From: Albugo candida
Lineage: Eukaryota
DNA: 64,000 nucleotides
Assembly (NCBI GenBank): GCA_040437565.1
Contig: JBDOQK010000019.1
Location: 248,001 to 312,000 of the forward strand
Direction of reading: 5' to 3'
The translations under genes and the position numbers were made by a program. This document shows, in pieces, positions 12,046-22,796 of this stretch (position 1 is its first letter; every line of letters begins with the position of its first letter). The notes below the pieces were generated by a model that worked only from the letters and a program-made list of their open reading frames with translations, ran no database searches and was not told where the DNA came from.

Positions 12046-13311
12046 ATGACTATGACGCAGCAGCAGCTTTCCACAAGAAAATTATCACCAACATCCGGTA
12101 CCAGTGACACGTTTGCGCCTCAAGACGCCTCACTGTTTCAGCTACCCTCTTCAAGCTCAGAGCTTCATACACTATCCGACAAGCAACGGCTACAGCACGT
12201 ATTTCTTCAAAAACCTTGGGAAATTCATTTTACATCTCCGTTATTCCATTTTGATTCGAGACATTTACGTCAGTATGTCCGGGAACTCATCATTCACTTG
12301 AGAACTTTATCAGTTGCGGCATTTCATCAAGAGTGTGGGTACCAAGTCCAAGTGCATCCATTCTCGAACGACACATTATTTCTATTCGAAGTCTGCGAAG
12401 AACGAGCTGTGCCACAGCACCTACCAGGCTCTTTGGATAAGAAAGGATCGAGGATGGTGGAAGATACAATCGTTCATGGTTCATTTATGCTTTATTTTCC
12501 GTCGAAAACAAGTTTGAATTTTGTTCAAGTTACAAATCTCGAAGAGTTACGTCGCTCAATGGACAGTCAGCATTCAAAATCAAGTGCAAGTAGCGCGAAT
12601 AACATTAGCAAACAAAAGAAAAGAAAGGAACCTCAGCACGTCATTCTTCTGTCTGGAGAAGAATCTCTGCTGATTAGATGCTGCGGATGGTTGCAGCAGC
12701 AATTTCAATGTGTCGTCGGTCAGCAGATTGTTCAATTAGACTACTCTCACCTCCGTTTACTGTCCAACTTGTTGATATTTTCTTGTATCCAAACAGTGAC
12801 ACCGCAACAAGGACGTAAGAATCCAAGCCTATAAACTGATTCAAACACTGATATTTACATTCGTTCTGACGTTTTGCAGCATCGAAGATAGGTCCTTTCT
12901 TGTTAAAGTATCAGAGTTTGAATGGAACTTCCAACACGAAATCGTACACAATGACAATTCCTTTTGCAAACGCGGCTCGATTATACCAAGAGGGATCCAG
13001 CAAGCTCGTCGACGAGAGCCCAAACATCACAGGTTCGTGATCAAAAGAGGAGAAGTATATGATGTTTGCTGAGGCGTGACGATGTTTTAGATGTGCTGAC
13101 CATGATTGAAAACTTGTACTTTCAGCAGCTACCTCTGGATACAAGCGAGTTTAAACTACATGAGCTGCAAATGGATGCAGGAAGTGTCAGCAGTCACGGA
13201 ATGCTCCGAATCCACCTTTATGAGATGATTGAGCCAATCCTCAATAGTTTGTTGGCTATGCTGGAGATTTACCCTGTATCAAGCGCCTCACAACAAGCTC
13301 TACGACTATGA
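12046..13311 (+). CDS. CENPL: Centromere protein L-like (CCAN subunit), 3 exons
   Basis: FLQKPWEIHFTSPLFHFDSRHLRQY, GWLQQQFQCVV and KLHELQMDAGSVSSHGMLRI are colinear with remembered CENP-L motifs (W.....TPLYKF, WFQKTFDC, SA...GKIKI). Two GT-AG introns (~12815-12879 and ~13033-13090) restore the frame. Confidence 0.65.
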
Positions 13312-13376
13312 GGATAAAAGCAACATTCCATCTCAACTGGACGTAGATTTCGATAGAATTAAGCCATGTTGAATTA

Positions 13377-16300
13377 TCACTCGGTTTTGCATACTTCAGC
13401 TGAGCTTCTATACAGACTCAGATCCAGCTTTTTGTTCGATAGATCAGTTGTCTTCATCGCGTACTCTGTTCTTTCGTCAAGTGTGGGAATCGTTGGACTA
13501 CAGACTGCATTCCTTAGGATTTGCTCCAAAGCTGATCTCATGGAATGCGATAAGCTCACCACAACCTGCTTGAAGAAAGTATTCTTCGCTCGTGCCAATG
13601 CCAAGAGTAGTTCTGTCGTGATCTCGACAGAAGGGATCAGGCTCATTGATGGATTGTCCCCTCTATGGAAATTCACAATCTGAACCAACATTGGGATGAG
13701 CAAATGCATCAGCTCTGACGCTATTTCGTCGCGACAGTGCTCCACAAATAATAAAAGTATGGCTTTGATGTGTCGTAAAACTGTGGTACTCGACGTTGAC
13801 TCTTTCAATATTGATGAGATGATATTCCCGTCGTAAAGCTGCAAGAATCCAACCAGCCTCGGTATCAGTCTGCCACATGCTGCCGCTGAAAGCTCGTCGT
13901 AACCTGATGCAGCCAACTTTCTCATCAAGTTTTCCATTCCAAGTAAAACTGTTGCGATAGTCAGCACACTGGAATCGTGTCCATCTTGGTCGTTCTTGAG
14001 AGAGTCAAAAGCTTGGTCGAGACACTTTGAAATTTCTTTTGTGATTCCATTGACGAAAGCCTCCAGAATTTTTTGTAGATCATTGGGATGTTTGACGATG
14101 TAAGCACAAGCTATTTGCAAGGAATACTCGAGATACGCGCTCGCATTCGTAGTCTTGGTGATAGCATCCCGTACCGATCGGATCATTTTTGCATAGATTT
14201 TCATCACCGTGACTCTCGATTGTGTAGAACATTCCGCTTCTGTGCATCTTGAGACCAGCATTTCGAGTGATGCGCTTGCCAATCGACAGCTCTGCGAAAT
14301 TGATGCACTTTTGATCATTTCACTGAAAAGCAGCTCGAGAAGAGCATCACAAGTGTTTATCGCCAGTTCAGCAACATTACCATCGAAAATAGCACCATCT
14401 CTGTGTCGAACCAGTACGATTCCGAGAGTAGCCACTTTTAAAAGCTCCGAAATATCGTCACTCTCGGTCTTTTCAGTATCTCTCTCCCGGTGAGCTTGTT
14501 TGAGAAGTTTCAACGACATACTCACTGCAACGCATAACAAGCCAGCAGTAGTGTCATCTCTGTCCACCAAAGCACTGATTTTCAAGTCGTGAATGATCGT
14601 GAAGAAGGATCCAAGTGCAAGACAGCTGTAAGAGCTCGGGCCCTGTGCAGTACACCGAAGAAGCAAACCAAAAATCGCGTTCAATATCTCTTTGTAAGCG
14701 GATGGATAATCTTTTGCGATGAGTGGAATTGTCTTGCTCAATAACGCGGGTAGAATGTGCATCTCAGTCCGCAGATCTCTTCGGGTGTGGTATTGGCTTC
14801 GGATGTGACACAAGTAGCAGCCCAGAAAAAATATAATAAAGTCTGGTTGATAAAGGTCGATCATGTGGTCCTCACAGCCGTTGTTACAGTCCCTGGGCAT
14901 CCAAATGAGCCAAATGGAGATGACATTGCCAATGTTGGACCAGTATAACGTGAGCAAATCGTGCAACTTTCTCGAGTTGCCAGGACTGATATTTTTGATA
15001 TTCCACGAACGATGATCCATTCCGGCGCGTCCAGGAGGGACAGTATCCTGCATGCAGGATGCATAGACTTGACTGATTTCCATCCAGCCTCTAACTAAAT
15101 CCTGCAAATGACCACTCCATTCATTTCCAAGTACGTGCAATAATGAGGATTCTTGGAGCTTTACTTCAAAATCGGAGAGTGTCATAATCTTCCGATCGTT
15201 TGAGAAGTCGATGCTGCTGACGATGAGTCTAGCTATGTTTGACAGATTGGCCAAGCAAAGCGCTTTCCGAGTGAACGTGCCATCAGAGTAGAAGAAGCAA
15301 TCATTGTTGTGATCAACAAGATTCTGGCAGAGTCGTTGCAAGGCCTTTTTGTCCACAACAAGTCGACAGGTGATCGTATCGCTCAAAAGTGCTTGGACTT
15401 GGATGAGAAATGCTGGTGAGAAATCCATTTGTTCGCTTACTTTCGTCGGTGAGATTTTCTGACAGAGTTTACTTGCTTGACGTAAGGCTGAAGCTATCTG
15501 CGCTTGATACGGGTCCAAAAGAAAATGAGAGTTGTCTGGAATGGCAGGGTCCGTGGAAAACCCGAAAAAAGCGATCAAAATGTGCATCAGACGCAGCCCG
15601 AGGCGTTGAAAATGCATCAATTCGTGGCCATCCAGCGATAAAGTTGCTGCGTGGCATGACAACGATATAAACTCATCCAAGTAAAAGCACAAGAAATCTT
15701 CAGTGATGCGTACTGCTTCACTCGCCACAACGTCGTGACATTTCGATTTATCTCCCTTGTCCGTACCTTGACGAACTGAAGTATAAAGTTGGGAAGAAAA
15801 GCTTTGATGCACAGCGTAAAGATCAAAATGACGAATGTCAATCTTGGATGATTTGAAAGCGAGATGCATTTCAGATGGAGCCTGGCCTCCATACGGAATG
15901 AGTTTGTAAGAAGAATCTCCTACCAGGTACTGCGAGCCGGAAAGCAGTTCAAAGATATGGAGCACACACTCGATAGCAAAAAAACGTGTTTGTCTGCAAA
16001 GTTGGGGAACGTTTAATAACATCTTCCGTACCTCCAGCTTGGTGTGCCTCCATCGTTCCACTTGGATTGAAATTGCGGTTGTTTGAATGAATTCAGTCAA
16101 GGAGCTGTGCGTGACGTTGCCAAAATGTGCGTCCCCGGAATTCTTGAATCCTGAGTTTACGTTCTTGGGAGTTTGCGCTTGCTGCTGGCTTCCTTCGATA
16201 TCACCAATTGTTTCCGCAGATTCTCCTATCGCAATACTACGAAAAAACATGGCCCACAGACAGACTGGAGTCTTCACCTGACTTTGGAACCCAGCGTCAA

Positions 16301-19300
16301 TAAGTGCCAAAATCGTAGTCTGAATACTTTTAACAGAGTCATTTCTCCTGCTGTATGATATCCGATGTTTGTCGTGGTTGCAGAGACCTTGCAGTCTTGA
16401 GCGATACGACCACATTTGTGTCACAATTTGATAGCTGAGACTCATGAGCAATACCCGGTACAATTGGTCGCGATGGGTATTCTCGGGTAATCGTTCTGCC
16501 ATTACCAGGATGCAGGATAATGCAAGATTTTGCACACACGGTCGACTAGAGCCGCTTGAACGAGGTACACAGAGCTGAAAGTTCATTGTCGGGTACCGAC
16601 CTCCCTCATCGTATTGCTTGTACCCGTGTGCGGGCTCCGTGTTTGACAGTATCTGAAGAATAAAGTAGTAGCCTTCGTTCCGAAACTCTTCTGGAGCAAA
16701 TAAAAGCACTTGTTTGAGAAATTTCAGATACTCAACTTGAATGCTTGCATCAGGGACAATCGGATCCTGGAGCAACATATCCCACATGACCAACGATTTT
16801 CGAACCCATTCTGCGGACTTTGGTGGATTCGAACCGATGGATGCTAAGATGTTATTGATAAATCGGCCGATGATGGCTTTGGAGCTACTTTGCCATCGCA
16901 ACCCCTTCCTGTTGATTCGAGCATGCTGAAATCCTGCCAACAAATGGACGTCCAGTAATGTATCGCTCGAGTGTATGTATTGCTCATACTCTCCACCACT
17001 ACCGCTCACAGACTCCATGATAATATTCCATGAATGCAGCACCCACGTTCGTTGAGGCTGACAAAGCTCGCCACCAAACCGAAAAATAAGACCAGTGTCG
17101 ATCACAATCTGAAAGCCACAGGATCTCTTCATACAAGCTAAGGCGAAAATTGCTCCTGTATATAAGCACACTGATGAGGTATCCGATCCATTCTTGGCTA
17201 CAGCTGGCGTGTAGTTTGCCTTGACATTCGTTGCGAGAGAAGTATTTCCTTCGACCGGTGTAGCCATTCCTGTGTTGGTGCCAATAAATGAAGAGATAGT
17301 CTCACTGGGATTCATACTCTGTGATGCAGAAATCGCAGATGCGGTGATTTGCTTCTCGAGTTCTAATACTAGACGTCGACGCTGCTGATCATCACTGATT
17401 TTTGCCAATTGGCCGATCGTTACACCAGCAGCTCGACGAACTTGTGCGTTTTCACTGGAGAGAAGGTCCAAGAGCATCGTTTGGATTTGCAGACACCACG
17501 CATCGTTGCCATTGATATGTTCGTGTTGGAGAGAGCCAGATGAAGCACTTGTCGTCTCACTTGCGTTTCGCATCGCTGCTGCCAATAAGCAGCATACATT
17601 GACCTCACATGATTTCTGTCCCTTTGCCAACGTGCTCGCATAATGCTGAAGGCAACGAAGCTGTAGATCCTCAATGAGAAATGCAAACAACTTTCCAAAT
17701 AAGATGACACTTGCATCGACTAATCGTACATATGTAAAGCTATTACATAGATCTCGCGGTCCCGCTGACGAGTCTTTAGAGTCCCAGTATAGAGCCCAGA
17801 ATATATCCAAATCTTGCATTTCTACTTCGATATCGCTCAAGCTCTGGTCGGGAAGTGACAAGGAAAGCAGGAGATTCAGATCCCGGCTATACAGAAAGCT
17901 CGGGTAGTCACCAGCTTGGAGCCGTGGAATGCTGATCATCTCCAAAACATCATCAGTGGTATCGACTGTATTCTTTAAGTAGCTTGACTCGGTCGGGACA
18001 AACGTAACATGACGCGCATTGGTCATCGAAACTGCGGTCGAAAACTCTGCAATGAGATCTGATAATATAAAGTGAGAATCTTGATATATCATTGGGTCTG
18101 GGATCAATGAAAAAATGCTGAAAATCCAGGCGAACAACCGATCACGAGCAGCTTGACCTCTTCGTTTGGTGGGATTTCGAAGGGAGCCAGTGATTGCGAC
18201 TAGATATTGATGCAACACATGCCCTGCACACGCATGAACCGACTTTTGAAGTAATTCCTTGTTGGCTAGATTTTCAAAATCACACACAGTGACAAAGGAA
18301 TGAAGTGCCGTCGTACTCGCTTCAATTCGAAGTAGTTCCAGTGAGGTTTCTCGATTCTGCGCGGAGCTGCATTTAAGCCATAAATCAAGTAATGATTGTA
18401 AATGTGTGAGTTGCCATTGGTCTCCAGCGATAATGCTGAGTACTGCTATTATGGCCCATCCTGCTCGCGTGCACGTGAGCCAAATGCTGTCAGGACAATT
18501 GGACGTGAATTGGGATTGGATCAATCGCTTTGCCAAATCAAAAATATCACTCAAAATTTCGTCGGGTAGTGCGGGATCAAAATGTTCTCTCTGGAAGATT
18601 TGTCGGCCTCGAATAGCATGTGTCAGGGCGGAGGTGTATCCTTGTAGCTGGTACAATTGAGATTTGTCAAGTAGTTCGATTGCTGTTTCGGAAGAAAAAC
18701 TATCAGTTGGTAATAGCGACTCAGTGACTTTGCGTATGCCCTCGGTGTAATCCAGGATCATTTGCTCTTGCCGGTAGGAAAGTGTTGTTGACAAGCTAGC
18801 TAGGGCAATCGAGGCTTCATGCCGAACACTTTGTTTTTCATGACTCAAAAGAGTTTTTAGAACCACATATGCTTCTCGAGCATGAATTATTGATGCTTCA
18901 CCAAGTGATGGAATCAAGTGAGAGATCTCAGAGAGGAAGGTTAGCGACTTGTGATGATTCACTTGTTTCTTTGTGCTGGACAATTCGGAGATGGAGTGTT
19001 GTTCTTCCATTTGATTGATTCCGCAGTGATTTTCATCGGTTGGGAAAAGACTCGATGATTCTTCATTCAATTTACTGATGTAGATCTCCCATAAAGCTTC
19101 TTGCTGTCGCTCAGCCAGAATAGCAAACAGTCCGAATCGCAAGACGTGGGTAACAGCATTCCTTGCACAGACAAGATCGTTCAGAGAGAAGAAGGATAGG
19201 TCCAATAGACTCGTGAGTGCTTCGATGATATCTTCCAGCTGCTTGTGCTGTATGATTTCCACGACAGAATTGGGAAGTTGTTCAAACATACTGCAGAGTG

Positions 19301-20846
19301 CGATGGCAAAAAAAGCCAAAATTCCACCATTGTGCCGCTTTTGTGGTGGATTCAGATATTTGCTGCAAATTAATTCTTTGTAATGCAAAATGATGCTTGC
19401 GATCGTGGCAAAGCTGAAGATCGGAGGACGTCGACGTGATAGAGACAACTGAAGTGATGAAATGCTATATGTATGCATCAGCGGAAGCTTGAATCCCAGC
19501 TTCGAACGACCCACAACAGTCGATACTCCCGACGTATTTGGAATACTCGATGCCGTTGTATCTACTTCGAGATCAGCATTTGAGTCTGCTCTGTCACTGC
19601 TTGCTTCACCATCAGTATCGGACGCCATGCTAGAATTTGCAACAGTCATATTGTTTGTTCGAGATGTAGTGTCCTTGCTAAACACATTGGTGTAGTCCTG
19701 GCAGGATAAGGTAGCTGCATACTTGGCTAATATAGTGCCCGAAACCAGAGCAAGCATTCTTCTGACTTCTAGAGCACTATCCTCGATGCCCTTGAGCGCT
19801 ACCTGCATGATCGTATCTAATGATACGGCCCCGGAAGGTAGAGCTTGATGACCCAAGTTTTTCCCTGCGCCATGATTGACAGACTGTTGTGTGGACCCTT
19901 CCCCACTTCTTTTGCTAGATGTATTGGTACATTGTAATGTGCTCTTATTGCTAAAGCTTGATGAGGCTGAGTTTGGATCAACTTCGTTACGACTACCAAG
20001 AGAGCGTTCTTCTTGACGAGAGTGTCCTTCTGCAGTCGACTTTTTATAAAAGCCAAATAAGCCGCTCGAGTGTGATTCCATCGAAGAAGACAGTGATATA
20101 GCGTATTTTGCTACAACCAGCAGAAGATGTGCAGCAGCAGTCCGAACTTCGGGAAATTTGTCTTGAATGAGTCGATTCACCAGTTTGAGAGCATCGGTCT
20201 GGTGAGCGTAACTACGATCCGATTCTCGATCCATTAATTGCGTAACACTCTGCAAAAGACATTGTTTTAGATAGAAATCCACTTGACGACATACTTTGAT
20301 CGCTAAAGCCATAATTTCGGGAAGAAATGGAAGCGCATCTTGGTCGCAAAGGCGTGAGACAGCAAGACAGAGTGTGATTTTCACATACAAATGAGTTTGT
20401 TTCGAGCTTAGCGTTTCGCTGATTGTCTGCGCTTCAGTGTAACGGTAAGACGCCGCCAGGCAATCACAAATCAACTGCTGAGTGCATTCGGAAAAGTTTA
20501 TAATTGTGTTCGTCGTTGATAGCGAGAAGCTTGTAGTGCCATTTCCACTTGAAAATGTGTTCAAAGGAGTCACAGCGGTAGTAGTAGTTCCATGCGTTAT
20601 CAAATATCTCAAAATGAGGTGAAAAAGCGTCTCAGAAGTAGCTACAGACACAGAAGAAGACGCTAAAGGAGTCGACTGAAGATTATGATGCGAAGATTGC
20701 ATGGAATTCTCTCGTAAATATCCCTTCAGCACATAAAGCTCTTTAATAAGAACAGACGGATCGACTGTATATCCATTTGTTTGGGATTCGTAGGATCCTT
20801 CGAGCTCCCGAAGGAGGAGCTCAAAGCGTTTGATGGATGCCTCCAT
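13377..20846 (-). CDS. HEATR5: HEAT-repeat protein HEATR5/Laa1/SWEETIE-like (AP-1 accessory factor), single ORF of 2489 aa
   Basis: HEAT-like helices throughout. VRRAAGVTIGQLA, TGAIFALACMKR, QRTWVLHSW and LLDPYQAQIASALR match HEATR5-family segments. Confidence 0.8.
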   Translation of the reverse strand: MEASIKRFELLLRELEGSYESQTNGYTVDPSVLIKELYVLKGYLRENSMQSSHHNLQSTPLASSSVSVATSETLFHLILRYLITHGTTTTAVTPLNTFSSGNGTTSFSLSTTNTIINFSECTQQLICDCLAASYRYTEAQTISETLSSKQTHLYVKITLCLAVSRLCDQDALPFLPEIMALAIKVCRQVDFYLKQCLLQSVTQLMDRESDRSYAHQTDALKLVNRLIQDKFPEVRTAAAHLLLVVAKYAISLSSSMESHSSGLFGFYKKSTAEGHSRQEERSLGSRNEVDPNSASSSFSNKSTLQCTNTSSKRSGEGSTQQSVNHGAGKNLGHQALPSGAVSLDTIMQVALKGIEDSALEVRRMLALVSGTILAKYAATLSCQDYTNVFSKDTTSRTNNMTVANSSMASDTDGEASSDRADSNADLEVDTTASSIPNTSGVSTVVGRSKLGFKLPLMHTYSISSLQLSLSRRRPPIFSFATIASIILHYKELICSKYLNPPQKRHNGGILAFFAIALCSMFEQLPNSVVEIIQHKQLEDIIEALTSLLDLSFFSLNDLVCARNAVTHVLRFGLFAILAERQQEALWEIYISKLNEESSSLFPTDENHCGINQMEEQHSISELSSTKKQVNHHKSLTFLSEISHLIPSLGEASIIHAREAYVVLKTLLSHEKQSVRHEASIALASLSTTLSYRQEQMILDYTEGIRKVTESLLPTDSFSSETAIELLDKSQLYQLQGYTSALTHAIRGRQIFQREHFDPALPDEILSDIFDLAKRLIQSQFTSNCPDSIWLTCTRAGWAIIAVLSIIAGDQWQLTHLQSLLDLWLKCSSAQNRETSLELLRIEASTTALHSFVTVCDFENLANKELLQKSVHACAGHVLHQYLVAITGSLRNPTKRRGQAARDRLFAWIFSIFSLIPDPMIYQDSHFILSDLIAEFSTAVSMTNARHVTFVPTESSYLKNTVDTTDDVLEMISIPRLQAGDYPSFLYSRDLNLLLSLSLPDQSLSDIEVEMQDLDIFWALYWDSKDSSAGPRDLCNSFTYVRLVDASVILFGKLFAFLIEDLQLRCLQHYASTLAKGQKSCEVNVCCLLAAAMRNASETTSASSGSLQHEHINGNDAWCLQIQTMLLDLLSSENAQVRRAAGVTIGQLAKISDDQQRRRLVLELEKQITASAISASQSMNPSETISSFIGTNTGMATPVEGNTSLATNVKANYTPAVAKNGSDTSSVCLYTGAIFALACMKRSCGFQIVIDTGLIFRFGGELCQPQRTWVLHSWNIIMESVSGSGGEYEQYIHSSDTLLDVHLLAGFQHARINRKGLRWQSSSKAIIGRFINNILASIGSNPPKSAEWVRKSLVMWDMLLQDPIVPDASIQVEYLKFLKQVLLFAPEEFRNEGYYFILQILSNTEPAHGYKQYDEGGRYPTMNFQLCVPRSSGSSRPCVQNLALSCILVMAERLPENTHRDQLYRVLLMSLSYQIVTQMWSYRSRLQGLCNHDKHRISYSRRNDSVKSIQTTILALIDAGFQSQVKTPVCLWAMFFRSIAIGESAETIGDIEGSQQQAQTPKNVNSGFKNSGDAHFGNVTHSSLTEFIQTTAISIQVERWRHTKLEVRKMLLNVPQLCRQTRFFAIECVLHIFELLSGSQYLVGDSSYKLIPYGGQAPSEMHLAFKSSKIDIRHFDLYAVHQSFSSQLYTSVRQGTDKGDKSKCHDVVASEAVRITEDFLCFYLDEFISLSCHAATLSLDGHELMHFQRLGLRLMHILIAFFGFSTDPAIPDNSHFLLDPYQAQIASALRQASKLCQKISPTKVSEQMDFSPAFLIQVQALLSDTITCRLVVDKKALQRLCQNLVDHNNDCFFYSDGTFTRKALCLANLSNIARLIVSSIDFSNDRKIMTLSDFEVKLQESSLLHVLGNEWSGHLQDLVRGWMEISQVYASCMQDTVPPGRAGMDHRSWNIKNISPGNSRKLHDLLTLYWSNIGNVISIWLIWMPRDCNNGCEDHMIDLYQPDFIIFFLGCYLCHIRSQYHTRRDLRTEMHILPALLSKTIPLIAKDYPSAYKEILNAIFGLLLRCTAQGPSSYSCLALGSFFTIIHDLKISALVDRDDTTAGLLCVAVSMSLKLLKQAHRERDTEKTESDDISELLKVATLGIVLVRHRDGAIFDGNVAELAINTCDALLELLFSEMIKSASISQSCRLASASLEMLVSRCTEAECSTQSRVTVMKIYAKMIRSVRDAITKTTNASAYLEYSLQIACAYIVKHPNDLQKILEAFVNGITKEISKCLDQAFDSLKNDQDGHDSSVLTIATVLLGMENLMRKLAASGYDELSAAACGRLIPRLVGFLQLYDGNIISSILKESTSSTTVLRHIKAILLLFVEHCRDEIASELMHLLIPMLVQIVNFHRGDNPSMSLIPSVEITTELLLALARAKNTFFKQVVVSLSHSMRSALEQILRNAVCSPTIPTLDERTEYAMKTTDLSNKKLDLSLYRSSAEVCKTE

Positions 20847-20919
20847 GGTTTTGGCCTAAAATCGATGCTCTTAGACTTGTGTACTATACCTTAAATTTGC
20901 ATAAGCCCCTCCGACAAAT

Positions 20920-21813
20920 ATGAGCGAACGAACGGGTATATCGCTTCTCATTCGCAATATCAGCAGGCGCATAAGGTGCTGAATACGCTGTGTTTGAGAA
21001 AACATAAGAAAGATGCATTATTGTTTTATATTGATTCTTTTTACTACTCCAAGATCGGATGAATTGCGTAAAACATTTGAAGAATTCGGTGACGTTCGTG
21101 ACGTTTATATCCCTCGAGATTTTCATACTAGGTGAATTCTCAGTATAGCTTACTTTCTTTGTTTGTGATTTTAATGTGTCTGTGAACAGAGAAATCAAAG
21201 GATTTGCATTTGTAGAATTCAAAAATGAGCGTGACGCGGAAGAAGCTTTACGCAATTTGGATGGAAGCCGTCTAGACGGGCGAGAAATAACAGTGGTATT
21301 TGCTCAGGAGAAACGAAAGAGTACCGATGAAATGCGTACGAGAGAGAGGTTTGAAAGTCAGCATTTGTTGCAAAAGGTTGATTCTTATTGCTTTACTTGT
21401 GTGTATATGTACAGGAAACCTAGAAGAGAATCACACCGGTAATAAGACGTGTTATCTAATTGTGAGACGGTCTAATGGGAACTAATAATATATCTAGGTC
21501 TCGATCTCGAGGTGGCTCACCTGCGCGCCGTTCCGGTCGTTCTCGTTCTCGCTCGCGAGGTCGCCCACGGAATAATCGTCGGCAATCAAGATCACGATCA
21601 CCTATGAGAAAGCGCTCTCGCTCGCCTCTAGGTGGGGTTGCAGCAAGACGCAATCGCTCAAATTCGGTTAAACGTCCTTTTGAACGAGCAAGATCCCGCT
21701 CTCCTTGTGGTCAAAACGGACTTGACGACTTGAATCGCAAGGCTCAAGATAATGAATTGCCATCACGATCGCCTTTGAGAGCTCAACATGACTCAAACGA
21801 AGCTCTATTATAA
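20920..21813 (+). CDS. SR-family splicing factor (single RRM + RS domain; SRSF10/SCL/SC35-like), multi-exon
   Basis: Spliced RRM: SLLIRNI / FGDVRDVYIPRDFHT / KGFAFVEF (RNP1) / GREITVVFAQEKRK. It is followed by an RS-repeat tail (SRSRSRG...). The 3' exon structure is approximate. Confidence 0.9.
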
Positions 21814-22511
21814 GGATACATGTCGGGGAAATCTTTTGGGGCGTGTCAGAGAATCATTTCAGTGATAGTTTTTCCAAGTCAAGATTTGCAGGACCGATGA
21901 TTTTATTCTGTAGTTTTCATTATCCAAGGTTTAATGAATTGCAGCATCAAGAGTCTCGATCCGATAAGAAGCTTTTCTCTTATATTTCAAGCACACACAT
22001 GAGTTGATCACTTGTACGGGTACCATCGTCGTTAGCATACACTACGAGGAGGGAAGAATACGAAGCTCTTCAAGAACAAAAGTAGAGTGAAGGGTATGAT
22101 GCTACGGCTAGACAAACTATCTAAACCGCCTGTGATTTCGGTTTGTGACGAGGTGGAAAGGCAAACAGGTGAACGGAGCAGAATACAAGAGTCAGCATCA
22201 TCGATCTCATCGCGTGTCTTACATCCACACAACAAGCTGTTGGACACATTTTTACTGATGCCATTTGACTCAATTTGACACGAATAGCCAGTGTGTTATG
22301 CTGTCGAGCTTGTAAATGCAGTCCTAAAGAATGCAGATTTTGCTTTTGCTCTACTGAATTTGACTCTCTGCGTGTCACGTTCAGCGGAACTGCATATACA
22401 AGTCCAAGTACGAGCACTTCTGATTTTATTGACACTCTCGTTCAGTTAATTGTACAAGTGTAAGGCTGATCAATTCTGATGTCTAGTGAGCCAAGTCAAG
22501 CGAGTGTTAGA

Positions 22512-22713
22512 GCCTGCAGTTCGAATCTGTCCGATTCGGAGAGGCGATCGAGTTATTTGATANNNNNNNNNNNNNNNNNNNNNNNNNNNNNNNNNNNNNN
22601 NNNNNNNNNNNNNNNNNNNNNNNNNNNNNNNNNNNNNNNNNNNNNNNNNNNNNNNNNNNNNNGCCTGCAGTTCGAATCTGTCCGATTCGGAGAGGCGATC
22701 GAGTTATTTGATA
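22512..22713. repeat. 51-bp direct duplication flanking 100-N gap (22563-22662); probable assembly overlap
   Basis: 22512-22562 is repeated immediately after the gap, starting at 22663. Confidence 0.9.
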
Positions 22714-22758
22714 TTCAACAAATCATGCTTCGATATCATCACCTTCACATTATATATA

Positions 22759-22786
22759 GCCAATCATCATGCCCTCATTCACGCAT
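22759..22786 (+). promoter_or_regulatory. Putative core promoter of RICTOR: CCAAT box + INR-like element
   Basis: GCCAATCA (22759-22766) followed by TCATTCACGCAT (22775-22786), just upstream of the ATG at 22797. Resembles oomycete CCAAT and TCATTYY initiator motifs. Confidence 0.35.
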
Positions 22787-22796
22787 CCCCAAAACG

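Noticed and set aside
13366-20056. Numerous short ORFs antisense to or nested in HEATR5 (likewise in RICTOR, CEP162 and NOL8)
   Set aside because: Typical shadow ORFs of long coding sequence, with no independent motifs.
22032-22435. Short minus-strand ORFs between the SR gene and RICTOR
   Set aside because: No recognisable motif and no consistent exon chain.
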